NCBI GenBank assembly: GCA_015680685.1
Contig: MNCI01001288.1
Coordinates: forward strand, 62,115-126,000
DNA: 63,886 bases
DNA from: Gnetum montanum
Taxonomy: Eukaryota; Plantae; Gnetophyta
Reading direction: 5' to 3'
The position numbers and the translations under genes are program-made. Each line of letters starts with the position of its first letter. Position 1 is the first letter of the stretch. Positions 12,301-25,600 of the stretch are shown here, one piece after another. The notes below the pieces were generated by a model. That model saw only the letters and a list, made by a program, of their open reading frames with translations. It had not been told where the DNA came from and made no database searches.

Positions 12301-15300
12301 GATTAAATTTTAGTAACATGCCTTATAATATCTCATCTTAAAAGAGTTAAATTGAAATAAGTTTGCATTGATGAGTGTTTCAGAAAAAAAATAGAAAAAT
12401 ATTATTATTCCAATAAATAGATATGAAAGTACTGATCTATATGTTCATTGGGGCCAAGTGTTTAGTTGAAAGATTTGTTGATGAACAGCATCCGGTATAT
12501 TTTTATGGCCTAAGAAAAATCAGAATTTGATCCTTAAATTTAAAAAAAAAAAAAGTCATATCTGTACACCGTATGAGAGGGAAATTGACAAACTTTTACA
12601 ATGGCTATTTGTAATTCATGATTATCTTTTATTTCATAAAATCAATATTAGTTAAAACTAAAATTTGAATATGGTGTTCTGTGCAACTTAGATGGCATTG
12701 ATCTGTCTTGGAAATCTGATATTGTTTTCTTTGAATTATTATTTCAATGTGGAACTATTAGAACCATTCATTTTATTGGGGAACTTGTATCCTCTATATC
12801 AGAAAATCTGAGATGCAAACTGTGTTAGAAGAACTGGAATATGACTTTCTATAATAGATCTTCAGCTTTTGGCCCATAAACATTTATATATATATTGTAT
12901 GCAAATTTTGAGGTTTTTGTAGCACTATTACCAGAAAGTAAGCAACATAACTGATATAGTTTTCTTCTATTTCAATTGTAGTTTATCTATTTTATGAATA
13001 ATATGAATTTTTTTGAGCAAGTTTTCGGGAATATATTAAAGAAAAACAGAAATATTTACAACGCAGGGATAGACCCTGCCCAACACAACCACCACCAACT
13101 TTGGAAGGGACACCAACCCCCCAACCCAATGCAAAAAGAAAGGGGGAGAAGAACCCACTCCCCCAACAAAATAGATGTTAAACATGAACCCCATAGACAC
13201 CCGACACCAATCACCAAGGATGGGTTTGAAAAGGAGAGCGCCCCCCAGCCCAAACAATGTACAATCTCCCAATAAAACACTGAATTTCAATTTACCATTT
13301 TTGTTATTGAGATTCTAGATACCATATGTATGAGAACAAAGTGTAGTTAAATTTTATCATTTAATAATTTAATGCTCTCACGTTTCTTCTATATTAAAAA
13401 ACACAAATGTGCCAGAAACAAACCATATGGATAAAAGCAATTCAGTTTACTCGTATTGCACACACCTCGGCTAATATTGTTGAAAACTCCATTGGGTCTA
13501 TAAACCTCATGGTATCCACATCTGTCCAACCACCTAAAGGCTCCTCTAGATCAGAATCATCCAACTCATCAACGCTAGAAACGAGTTGGTTCCAGAACTA
13601 CAGCATTGCAAATTCAAGACATGCTCGCATCAGTAAAAAGTTTTAAAATGGTAATCAGGACATCTAAGCTAACAAGTCAATGATATAATTTATAGCAGGG
13701 ATGTGTAGATTGTCATGATAGACATTGCATAATGTGTACTTCATCATAAAAGTCTCCATCATCCATATCTGTATCATCTTGTTTCTCAGAATTGAAGAAT
13801 CTGTCACTGATACTAACTGAACTTTCTTCTCTTTTAAAGGCTTCTAAGCTTTCCAGTCCAATCAAACAATGCTGGCAAATTCACTCAGCGTTAGGGTATC
13901 TAAATTAATTTAAAAAATAATGAAATTGATTTTTAAAATGATGGAAAAAAAAAACATCACCAACATAAAGGTATGCAGTACCACAGGACTGTTGCTTGTA
14001 CTCAAACTCCGTAAAATATCCTCATCATTCTTGACCTGGAAATAGATGTCTGCAACAAATTAAGAGGCATACATACAAAGACAACATTAGGAGTAACTTA
14101 GAACACAAAATGGAAATTTTTGTCATCATTAGATTCATCTGTTATATATATGGAAAATGAGTATCTAGTTTACAGACCTCCATACTCATCGGTCACATAT
14201 TGATAATGTATTGGCAATAGAGTGAATGTCTCAGAAGGTGACCTAATTAACATCCTTGAGGACATAACAACTGCTTCGTTGTTGGCCTTCATACATTAAA
14301 ATAATTCTCAGTATTAAAATGCTAAATGATTTAAAGAAAAGCTAGAGCATTAGTCCCAGTTTCTAAATAACCTCAAGTATGGTCCTTGCAGTTTCAGCAT
14401 CTGTTAATGCTATTTCAGCTTTTTCAATTTTTGCCGAACCCAATGCTTCTGAGGAATGATAGCCATGGTTGAGTTTATAGTTCATAGCATCAGAAGTGGG
14501 ATCTGGAAATTCGGATGTTGCATTAACTTTGATATGATCGCAATTTTTTCTTGAGCAGATGCGATCATCCCATGACTTGATAAATGCATCTCGACGGCCA
14601 TAACTGACACAAAAAATGATTATGTCCAACGATGAATAGATATGAAACAGAAAAAATGATACACAACTACAAAAGAAAAATTCAAAAAACATTTTTTTGG
14701 GTGTTAAATGCAGAGGTTGTTAGGCAGACAAATACTATGAAAGATAAATTATTCTATAAGAATAGTTTATTAAGATAGAGTAGTGTTAGGTATTGACATT
14801 TGAAGATGATATTTATCAACCAGTTCAGCCACTCCTGCTATATAGTTCAGCCAAAATTAGTTATGCACTTTATATGGATCAGCACCCCCATAAGTTTGGA
14901 TGGTTTTGGGACTACAACTACATAATAATATGAAATTAAATATTTTTTGGAGAAACAGGAGTACCCAGAGGAAACTTCTATGCAAAATGGAAATGCTTCC
15001 TAAACACTAACAATGGTGGCTCAGACAGCCTTAATTCTACGTGGTAGTAACAATCCAAATGAGGTGTTGTTTAGTCCTAGTTGATTTATGAACTGTTCAA
15101 ACTTCACTCCAAGTGGCTTTGTCAGGATGTCTGCAACCTGCTTAGCTGTTCAAAAATGTTGCAATTCAATCATCATATTGTAAACCAATTCACATATCCT
15201 ATGAAACTTTGTGCCAATGTGCCTTTTGCAATTGTGATCAACAAGGTTCTTACCCATGTAAATTACAGAATAATTATCCATGAATATTTTGGTTGGTCCC

Positions 15301-18300
15301 TTCTGCATGAAGTCAAGTAAAGATAGTAACTTCCTTATCCAGTCCACTTCCTTCACTGTTTCTGAGGCAACTCTATGTTCTGTTCCTGCTGAGGAATCTG
15401 CAACTATATTCTACCTCATTGATCCCTAGGAGATTGGTGAAGATCCTAAGAGAGCCAGATAACCTAACGTTTTTCTTGAACACACATCCAAGGTCCTTTG
15501 TCTTTTTAAGTATCTAAACACACATACAGCTGCATTGTAATGACTAGTCTTGGCTCTAGGTATGTACCTTGCAAGTACTCTAGCGGCATAAGGTATGTAA
15601 GGCCTCGTGTTGGTGACATATATTAAGCTTCCAATAATCTTCCATTAGAGTTGAGACTGATTTCACTTTATTAATTCCAAATTTCTCTAGAAGATCACTG
15701 ATGTACTTCTCCTAATTGAGTTTGATTTAATTCTCCTTCTTAAGTACTTCAATTCCTAAGTAAAATCTCATCAACCCTAGATTAATGATCTCAAATCCTT
15801 TTCTCAAGCTACTCTTCTCCATTTCAATGCTTGTTTCACTATCACCTATAATTAGGATGGTGCCACATACACAAGAAGATATATGCTTCTACCATTTGAG
15901 TGTTAGATGAACAGTGTTGCATCTACATCCTAGACGTCACACACTTGAAAGCCCAAATTTACTAAGCTCTCATTTTTCTTAGTGTACCAAGCACAAGGTG
16001 CCTACTTTAGACTACACAATGACTTCTTTAGCTTACACACTTTTTGCTATTGTCCTTCAACCTCTAAATCTCTATTGAGAAATCCACTCTTTACATCAAG
16101 TTGATGTATCTTCCATACCTTATGTAAAGCCAATGCAACAACAATTTAAATGGTTTGCCATTTAGCTATTAATGTGAAAAGTTCTTTTTAGTCAATGTCA
16201 TGATTTTGCATGATTTTATGTTAAGTGTTCCATCTAAGTGGAATTTGTCATGGAAGTCGCAACAATTCTTGATGGGAACCTAGATGGATGAGAGACTAAG
16301 CTCAACCATTCCTAATGGTAGCTTTTGTTTAATACTAATCTTATAGTTGCTCTATGTTCCTAGCATTTTTGTTTGATATGAAAATTAAATAGTAAGATGT
16401 GATAATCATTTGATATCGTATTGGGATAGTAATAATGAGTTGTTAGACTAGTGGTAAGACTCTTAATTTGGAAACTCCCAAGTTATGGGTTCAATTCTAG
16501 TGGATAACACTGAGTTATAAAAGTTCTACTTAAGTCCTAAAAAAGTTTTGTGCTTCAGATTTATTGCTAGTCATGTATTTTGCACAAGTTCATTTGTTTG
16601 ATAGATCCTTTGGGTCTACACATTGATCCCTTGGGTCTACACAAATGTAATAAAATATTGATTTCAGTTTCATAATTATGGATGTTAAGTTTATAGAATT
16701 TAAGCTAATGGTGTTATGCAGATGTGGACCCTATCTTCCAACTTCATTCTGGGTGGCACCAAGGTTAATTCTATCTACTTGAAGGTGTTCTACCCCTTCT
16801 TGCATATGTTCTATGCAGATGATTCGTGTTTAGGAAGGATTGGATAGAGAAAAAATGTTATTGGACATGGTTAAGTCTTGTAGCCAATTGAAGAGTTTAA
16901 GCAATTTGATGCTAATTAATATTGTTTTTATTTCATAATGTAATTCTTTTTTTTTTTTTTGAGTAAAAGTCGAGATGCATTAAACGAAAGAAAAGGTAAT
17001 GTACAATGGTGGCAGCGCATGGCCGACACCTGCAAGAAAGGGCAAGAGCCCCATGGCAGGCCACAAAAACCCCAGCCCACAACCCTAAAGTAGAACTTTG
17101 CTAGATGGTGGGCCCAAAGTCCACACAAGTGCTTCTGAATTAGACCCCCAAAATAACCCCCACCCCTCTATCCCAAAAAAAACCGACACCAAACGGCCAG
17201 GACATCAAAATCAGCCTTTCTCCACCTACATCATACTATCCACTGAAACACCACTAATTTTGGGCTCTTGCAGTTCAATGGCAAATTTGTCTAAGTGTCA
17301 AAACTTGGGCAAAATTTTTTCTAAGTTTGGTGTCACGTTGTGCAGCGTAGACAACGTAGCACACTGGGAGTCCTGTGTTTGCAGAATTTTTCTAAGTCTG
17401 CCTGCTACACTCCCTAGCACAGCCAACGTAGCACATGCTTCCAAGGCCAGTTTGCACAAATGTCAAGCCAAAAGCAGTCAAGGGTCACTGAGGATGGACC
17501 AAACAGTTTGGCAAATTTTCTATCTCTCAGACTGTCAAGCTTGCTACGCTCTCCAACTTGCTTAGCTTGACACATGTTCTGGTCACCAGTCCACCCAAGT
17601 ACCAGGCTAGAGGTTGTCAAAAGTGCTTAGGATGGACGAAATAGTTTGGCAAATTTTCTATCTTTTGGGCCTGTCACACTTTGCTACACTGCACAGCGTA
17701 GCCAGTGTGACAATTTTCAGGGCCAAATTTTCCTAAGTGTTGAACAAGGATCCGTCAAGCTATCTAGACATGGAAGATGCATTTAGCAATTTTCTGACTT
17801 CTGAGGCTACCTGTCTTGTTGCACCCTAGAATGTGATCAGCATGCACAAAAAAACATTGCAAATATTGGCAAAATTCATCAAAGTACTTGTGCTATGCTC
17901 TGCTATGCTGTGCAGCGTAGACAGCATGATGAGCCAAAATCTGCAAAAATTTTCTAAGTGTTCACACTACGCTCCGTCACACTGTGCAACATAGACAGTG
18001 TGACACTTGGGAAATGCCTCCAAATGCCTCCAAAAGCTCCCAAAACTCAGCATTGATAGCTCTGACGTCCTTCTGATGGCCAAGATCGACAGTTTACTTT
18101 GCTTTTACACCCCCTGTTAATCCCCAAAGTTGTTCCTACACTTGACCCTACTCGGAAGAGGGGGAAGAAGTAGTCCCAGAGCGTGGGCTCCAAGTTGCAT
18201 TTGTTTTGGCATTGTTTGTAGGTACATGGCGGTCCTTCAACCTTTGGCACATGCAATCCAAGCGGTGTGGTCATAGTTTGGCAGATTCTCAGTTGTCGTT

Positions 18301-19625
18301 CCTGTCCTGAAAAGCGTTACACTTTGAGCGTAACACTCAGAGCTTGACACTTTGAGAGTAACATGTCAACGTGACTTGTTCACACCCATGCTACGTGGGA
18401 CCCAGGCCACATGGCATCCAATCCACATCCCACATCAACCCTAGCCCTATAAATACCCCAATAATCAGCATTTTAGAGGTTGATTGGCAAATCACTTTAA
18501 GCATCAAGCATTAGAGCACTCTTAGCATCTTCATCACTCTCGCACTCGAGCACCCGAGCTTGACATTTGGCTTAGTACCGTGACACAATCTTCATTGCAC
18601 CCACACAACATGACGATTGTAAGCCCAACAGGTCCAGCCTCCTTTGTAGCTGCCAGCACTGCATCTACAACATCCCAGAGACTGTGACCATACTACCACA
18701 CTACCCCGATGTGCCTGTCTGACACTACGTACCAATTTCACACACACTATTTAATCAAGAGTCACGTTCCCCGGTCTTGGGGTGGTGCATTTCTTCACTT
18801 AAACTCTCATTTCATTTTCCTTCAACATGTGTTTCAAATTTTAGCACAATTTCCTGTGTTTCCTACTACTAACACGTATTTTTACTTATTCGCGATACTA
18901 TTTTCGGGCCTTTGCAAACGGTTATTGTTACACCACGTAAGTCCTTGTTTGATCGACCAAATCGTTCAGGGCACCCCGTTTTCGTTTTCTCCAACACAGC
19001 CCTCCCACGGACTCGGGGTTACAGAAAAGGACTCACCAATGGCCTCCGAAACCATCCTACTATATGCGTGATAGTGCTGGAGAGGCTCCTTCCATCAACA
19101 CAGGTAATGTAGTGAGGGGGGCACAACTCATCGCTGAGACGATGAGATCAAAGATGTAGATTAAGAAGCCTCGCCCCGCAGAGGTGCCCATGCACAAAAT
19201 TGAAGAAAGGGGCAAGAAGTTATGTCTCAAAGTCAACGATGAACAATTAGAGTTTGCTGGTAAGTATACATTATTTAGCATAGTCACTTTATGTATATAT
19301 ATATTTTTTAGAGAAATGTTCTAACTCAGGTTTATGCAAAATAGGCGAGGAGGAGGCCCTTGTCGTAGAAGAGGAGCCCTTAGCAGAAGATGTCCCTCAG
19401 CCTTAGGGACACATGACAAACGAAAATGCTACCGAAATCTTGAGGCAGCTCGAAGAGGAGGGGCTACGATTTGAGGACGATGAGTTTGATTATTTGTTTA
19501 AAGACGTGCAGATGGGCAATCCCCCCACTCTCACCCCTGAGGGTTTGCTAGGTAGGAGCTTTGTACCACCATTTTCATTATGCTCTTCCTCTCCCTCTTC
19601 TCTCTCATCCTCTTCTCTCTCTCTT

Positions 19626-19660
<35 letters not shown>

Positions 19661-22600
19661 TTGGTGATGCTAANTGATGCTAACATGCTTTATCTTACAG
19701 CAAGTGATGTTTCCGCTAAGCGTCCTAAATCTATATCCACTTTCTGCTCACAACTGTGGGCGGAAACCCCAAATAAGTTTGCCTTCATGCAAGACATAGT
19801 GGATGACATGATTGACCGTTTGAAACAAATAGATCCTAAGATAGGTATGTTTGGATTATTGTTTTTTTCTTGTTGTGTTGTTTTTGTTTTTTCCTTTGTC
19901 TTACAACTAATGTTTCCCCTCTTTGGTGTAATAGCCTCACGACTCAAATGGGACCCGCGAAGGGTGGTCCAAGTTGATGTTGTACCTAAGTTCCCTCCTG
20001 AGGTAGAACAGGTGCCTTGTCGTATATATGACAAGGCAAGCAGATGCGCACTGCACTCGACACGATCACTGTGGGAGTGTAGGTGCATAAACGAGGATCT
20101 CTAGAAAAGGGTGCAAAAACTCAAAGAACAGAAGGCGAACCAGGCAACTCAACTAAAAGACTTGCAGTTGCGGTACAACTTCTTGGTGGCCCATGATAAA
20201 TCATACAGCATCTAGCATACAGCTATGATTGACTACGCCAGATATTGGTTGGTTGTCAAGGGCAAAAATGAGGTTACACGCGAGGTTATTGAGCAACGCT
20301 TATAGATGGAACTCTTGGCTCAGAAGAACCAAAACTGGAAGGACTACAGCACAGCTGTGATTGACTACGCCAGATATTGGTAGGTTGTCAGGGGCAAAAA
20401 CGAGGTTACACGCGAGGTTATTGAGCAGCGCCTATAGATGGACCTCTTGGCTCAGAAAACCAAGACTGGAAGGACTATAGCGCCAGAGTATATGAGTGGG
20501 GATAGACTCAAAAGAACCACAAGTATCATTACAAAATGGAACGTGCAACCCATTGTAAGAAATACAAAGATGAGTCTGTGGAGCGCCGAGGTTGCAACCT
20601 ATTCCTTGACACCATCAATGTGACATAGGCTTACAATAGGTTTGCAAAACACTTGGTGGTCAATGAGTCCCCGGAGAGGGAAATTGCTTTTCCTTCTGAA
20701 GAGGTTACATCTGCTACATTTTCTTCAGGGCCGCCCGTATGGACGACCATGGAAAAAGGGAAGACCCTCGCAAGCATTGACTTAGGAGAGGAGGATTGGG
20801 CAAATATGACAGAGGAGGAAATCCTCCAACGCTTAGAGGCTGGCCTCAACAGGATGCCCCCAGACATGGACATCGGCCCATCTCAGGTTGGTTAAAGTTA
20901 CTTTATTGCTATATATTTCATAATAATTTCACATGTTATCCTCTTTATTGATTGGTTTATCGTTTTGTCTCTGTTTTGCGTAGGATCCAAATGAAGACGC
21001 AGGACCTAGCGGAGTAGTAGATAAAGATGGAGGGGAAGAGCCTTAGCTTCCCATTAATACACATAAAATATTTGAGATGTAGCCCTGTTGTTGGGCAATT
21101 TTGTATCTTTTGATGTGGATGTAACCCTGGACTATATATTTTGTTTACAATTTAATAAAAAGCATGATACTTATTTTATCTCTCATTTTTTCATTTTAGC
21201 CTGTAACTCAATTGATATATTTCTTTCTTCCTCTCTTTTTTACTTAATATTTTCGTTGATGTAATTAGGCCCCATACGATAGTTTAAGGCCATTTCAAGC
21301 CATCGCTAGTTTAAGGCCATTTCGGACCATCGCTAGTTTAAAGCCATTTCGGGCCATGGCTAGTTTAAGGCCATTTCAGGCCATCACTAGTTTAAGGTCA
21401 TTTCGGGTCGTCACGTAAAAGAAAGTCGATTGCCAATTTTAAGACTTGGCAGGCCATGCAATAGTTTAAGGCCATTCCAAGTCATTGCTAGTTTAAGGCC
21501 ATTTCGGGCCCCACTTCTCTTTTTTGGTGTTGTGTTTTTTTTGTTTTTTTTTTTTTTGTGACTAAATGAAAGTATAACTAATGCAAAAAGTAATCATAAC
21601 ACAAACTGAAACTATATAGGCAAAAGGGGCTAAAGACAAGTCAGAGGAACAAGCAAGTTACGGACATGCCCTAATCGCGTAGATGTTTCCTAACCCGATG
21701 TGGGTTAGGTGATGCATAAGGCCTGGAGGGCACAAGGCAATACTCTCCTAGGCCATCATCTAGCATCAAAAAAGGCAATTCTGCCCATAGAGTTTCCTCA
21801 TGGGGATCACTTGTTTTGCTTGGTTCATCGGTCGAACAACATTGATTTTCATTGCAAACAGGTGGCATGTCTTCGAAGATTTCTACCTCCGACCCTTGCT
21901 TAGTGTCTACATTGTTGATGGCCCGAGGAGCTATGTTGTCACCAAAGATCACCACTTCTCCACCCTCATAAGGTAAGTGGATCTCTTGGTGGATTGGTGA
22001 AGAAACAGCCCTTAGTTGGGCTAACCAAGATCTCCCTAGGATTAAGTTGAATCCGGGCATCTCTTCAACCACAATGAACTATGCATTAGTGGGGAATTGC
22101 TCTCCTACTACGAAATCAATCATGACTATTCCCTTAACAACCACATGTGCTCCATTGAAAGACTTTAAACAAGTCGTTGTTGGTCTTTATCTCCTCCACA
22201 TGCCTTAAGAGACGGATTTCCCAAGGAGGAGGAGACTTGGCTTTTGGTTGGGCAGTGAGCTTTTGAGCCTCAGTGGTTGCTTGTTGCATGTGCATGTCTG
22301 TGTTGGTGGCTTTAGGCGATAAGGCCATGGGAACTGCTAACCGGGGGGGTAGGCTTAGGAGGACCCAGTTCAGCACGTTCCTTAGCCATCTTGTCAGCTA
22401 GACGCTCGTCACACTTCTTCAGGCAAGCAAGTTGCAATGCAATCCCAACCACTGGACCCTGAGCAGAGGGGGGGTCCGTACATTTTGACACCCTTATGAC
22501 AAAAGGTGCTTGGGTCGTTGCCACAATGTGTTGTGGGGTTCTAACCACGAAAGGTGTCACGAGCACCCGAAGTGGTGCCTTGATGAGGAAGGGGGCCTAT

Positions 22601-25600
22601 GGCCTAGTTGACATTGAGGCTTCAACGGCACCAGAGGGCACACAGACCACAAACGGTTCATGTATTGGCTTCGCATCATCATCAATGCTGATAACATTAA
22701 TGATGTATCTTGCACTGCTAGCATTTAATAGATCCTTATAGACATTCATGGACTAGTTCTCGGGCCGAACAGGGTTACTTTTATCAAGGACTAGCTTGCC
22801 TTGATCGATCATGCGTTGGATATCATCCTTCAGCGCTAGGCAGTAATCCATGTCATGGTCATGCAACTGATGGTAGTTGCAGAATCGGTCCAACCTAAAA
22901 TTTTTGGGTACCAGAGGCTCATTGGGCATAGCTACAGAGCAGTCTCAGAGGATCTTGCAATACCTCTCATGGCGTTTGCAAGCATCCTCTGACATTTGCT
23001 TGTGTTGAATGCACCTAGCACTAAGCAGTTGATCCAAAAGTTCTGATGGCTTAATCAGCAAAGGGGTATATTTTGAGCGATCCTTGGTGAGGTGAGAGAG
23101 GCCCTTGGTGGTTACAGAAAAGAACTCACCAATGGCCTCTGGGGGTTCCTGTGACCGTTTTGTGAAAAATAGATGGCAGATCCATGGCTTGGATATTTGG
23201 GTGCGATCTTGCACCATCCATAGCCCGTTTTTACGAACAACCAAGAATTCTGCAAACCTTCGCAAGCACGCCACAAAAAAGGCAAAATGTACATGAGAGC
23301 ATGCCTCGAGGTTGCCGCAAAGTTTGATTATTTTGGCTCGTAGGCCATCAACAAGGTATTTGGCCCAATTGTATTGTGTCCCTTCCTCTACTACGTCCCT
23401 CATAACCCAAGCCTACTCTACCCCAAGAACTTTTCCTTGGGAAAGTAGCTTAGGGAATGCGTGAGCCTGGAAGATGGGATAGAGGTGGGATAGAGGTGTT
23501 GGGCCGGCCACCAACAATTTTACTTGCTTCATGGGAATGCCCTTGCGGCCTTTCTCGGTGCCCAACCACTCTTCAATGTCCCCTTTGTGGTTTAGATCCT
23601 TGTTCATCTTTTCACCTACAGGTAAACCTTTAGAGGGGACACCAAAGAGATCTGAAAAGAGGTCATCTATGATCTCAAAGACCACCTGCACATTGTGAAC
23701 CCACGTGCAGAAGCAATCGGCACTCTCCGTGAAAGAGTCGACAAGAGCAATCATCTCTGCTATTAGGATGTTTGGGTTCACGGCCAAAAAGAGGTCCATG
23801 AGCCCAACCCATTGAAGATTTTGAGTAATCCTTGCTGGGGCCTCGTGGCACAACTAGCGCTGCGAACTGTCAACCTCGCCATACTTGAAAAGAAGGTTGG
23901 CCTCGATGCATCCTAAGACAATCACTGTGACCTCCCTGGACTTGGCTACAGCTACAGTAAACAAAAATAGAATCAGCAACGTGATGGAAACGTAAAAATA
24001 AAAAATGCATGAAAATAAACAAGTAATACGACTTACCTGGCATAAACGGTGTAGGAAATGGCAATACTTGGATTGAAACTTCTCCCACAGTGGGTATTCG
24101 GGATGCCTGCTCAACATCCAACCAGCCAAGATCTTGACACTTCACATAGGATTTGGATTACTTAGTAGGGTAATTCGCCATGTCCACCCAATTTGCCCTA
24201 TGACACCAGCATGCATGTTCTCAATGGATGAGAACTCTTGTAAGGCTATTTGAACTAGGGCTAATGTCCCTTCTTTGTTGTGAAGGTCGTCTTCATCCAC
24301 AAAAAATTTGGCAATAGGCAAAAGGGCAATAAGCATTCCAAGTCATGAGATAAAAAAAATTCACCATCGCAATAGGGCCCACCCTCCAACGCAGTAAACT
24401 ATTCCAGGTGGGTTCTAGAAGGTTGTGCCTACACAGCGCGCAATGAATACAGTGTTGTATTTATGATAGCACTTGAATTCGAGCATCTCCCAGATCCAAG
24501 ACAAGGGTCTGAGACCTCTTGGGCGCTAACTCAAGCTCCTTGCCCCTTTGCCTTCAGCAAGTTCGTTGAACATGAATTTTAAAATGCCTTAGTTTGCCCC
24601 AAGCAACAGCGTTTCAACTAGGACACCTGCTGCTTTAGCAGACAAGTGTGACCATATTATCACATTGAAGTGGTGAAGTAGGAATTTCAAGAATTCCTGG
24701 TGTCCTATGCATGCATGTGGGGCAAGGACATTGGGCAAAAGATTGCTCATACAGCACAAGATCCCTAGTAGTTCAACCACGACTAGGGCAGGTTTTAGTA
24801 GGACCCTGCAGTGCCATAGTAATGAAAACATCAATATTGGAAAAGGGCAATAAAAACAACAAAAGTAATAGACAAACGATGCATAAAATAAATAAATAAA
24901 TAGCTCAAAAAAATTTTCTAACTATTGGTTACGCTTCCGCAGAGCGTGACACTTTTTGAACATAATTTTTCTAAGTGTTTGTCATGCTCCCAGAGAGCGT
25001 GACAATTGTGGAACAACTAGCAAAGAGTCAAAAAATTTTGTAAGTGTTGGTCACACTCCTAGAGAGCGTGACAACTACACAATCATCGGCAGAAAAATTT
25101 GCACAAATTTTTTTAAGTGTTTGTCATGCTACCAACTATAAAATAACTAGCAAAAATTTAAAAAATAATTTCAACTGTTGGTCACACTCCCAGGGAGCGT
25201 GACAATGGCAGAATATGCAAAAATTTTCCTAGTGTTGCTCACGCTCCCAAGGAACGTGACAACGGTAGAATATGCAAAAATTTTCCAAATGTAGAACATA
25301 GCAATCCCAAAATTTTTCTAACTTTTTGATCACACTCTCAAGGACATTTAGAGCTTGACAACCAGCACAAGACACTTGTGGAACCCTTGTCCCATCCCAT
25401 TGAGTGGAACACACAAGAAACCCGTGTTACGCAACATAGGACGCAAAGCGCCCAAAACCCTCCCGATGCGCTACACTAAGCGGTACGTGTAAAACCCCGT
25501 TCCATCCCACGGCACGGAACATTACAACATTGCCCCATCCCACAACGTTGAACACCCAGAAACTCTTGACAAAACCCTCGCCTAGTGTTGTGGCACAGGA

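Larger units (their letters stand above)
19039..21046 (+). pseudogene. Five-exon retroelement accessory gene (acidic/coiled-coil, unknown function), antisense to gag-pro
   Basis: Exons 19039-19259, 19345-19551, 19701-19844, 19935-20886, 20984-21046; GT-AG introns with matched phases 1,1,1,0; AATAAA at ~21154; a few stops and frameshifts. Confidence 0.7.
17210..22930 (-). mobile_element. Ty3/Gypsy Tat/Ogre-like remnant: gag zinc knuckle and protease (-), 27-bp tandem array, antisense spliced accessory gene; no RT
   Basis: FCNYHQLHDHDMDYCLALKDDIQRMIDQGKL (~22790-22890); FNLILGRSWLAQLRAVSSPIHQ (21671-22072); LTRs not identified. Confidence 0.7.

Noticed and set aside
16438-16512. Functional tRNA gene
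   Set aside because: Only degenerate A and B boxes; no acceptor or anticodon stems
24910-25370. CRISPR-like hairpin-spacer array
   Set aside because: Variable period and repeat sequence, embedded in Gypsy debris
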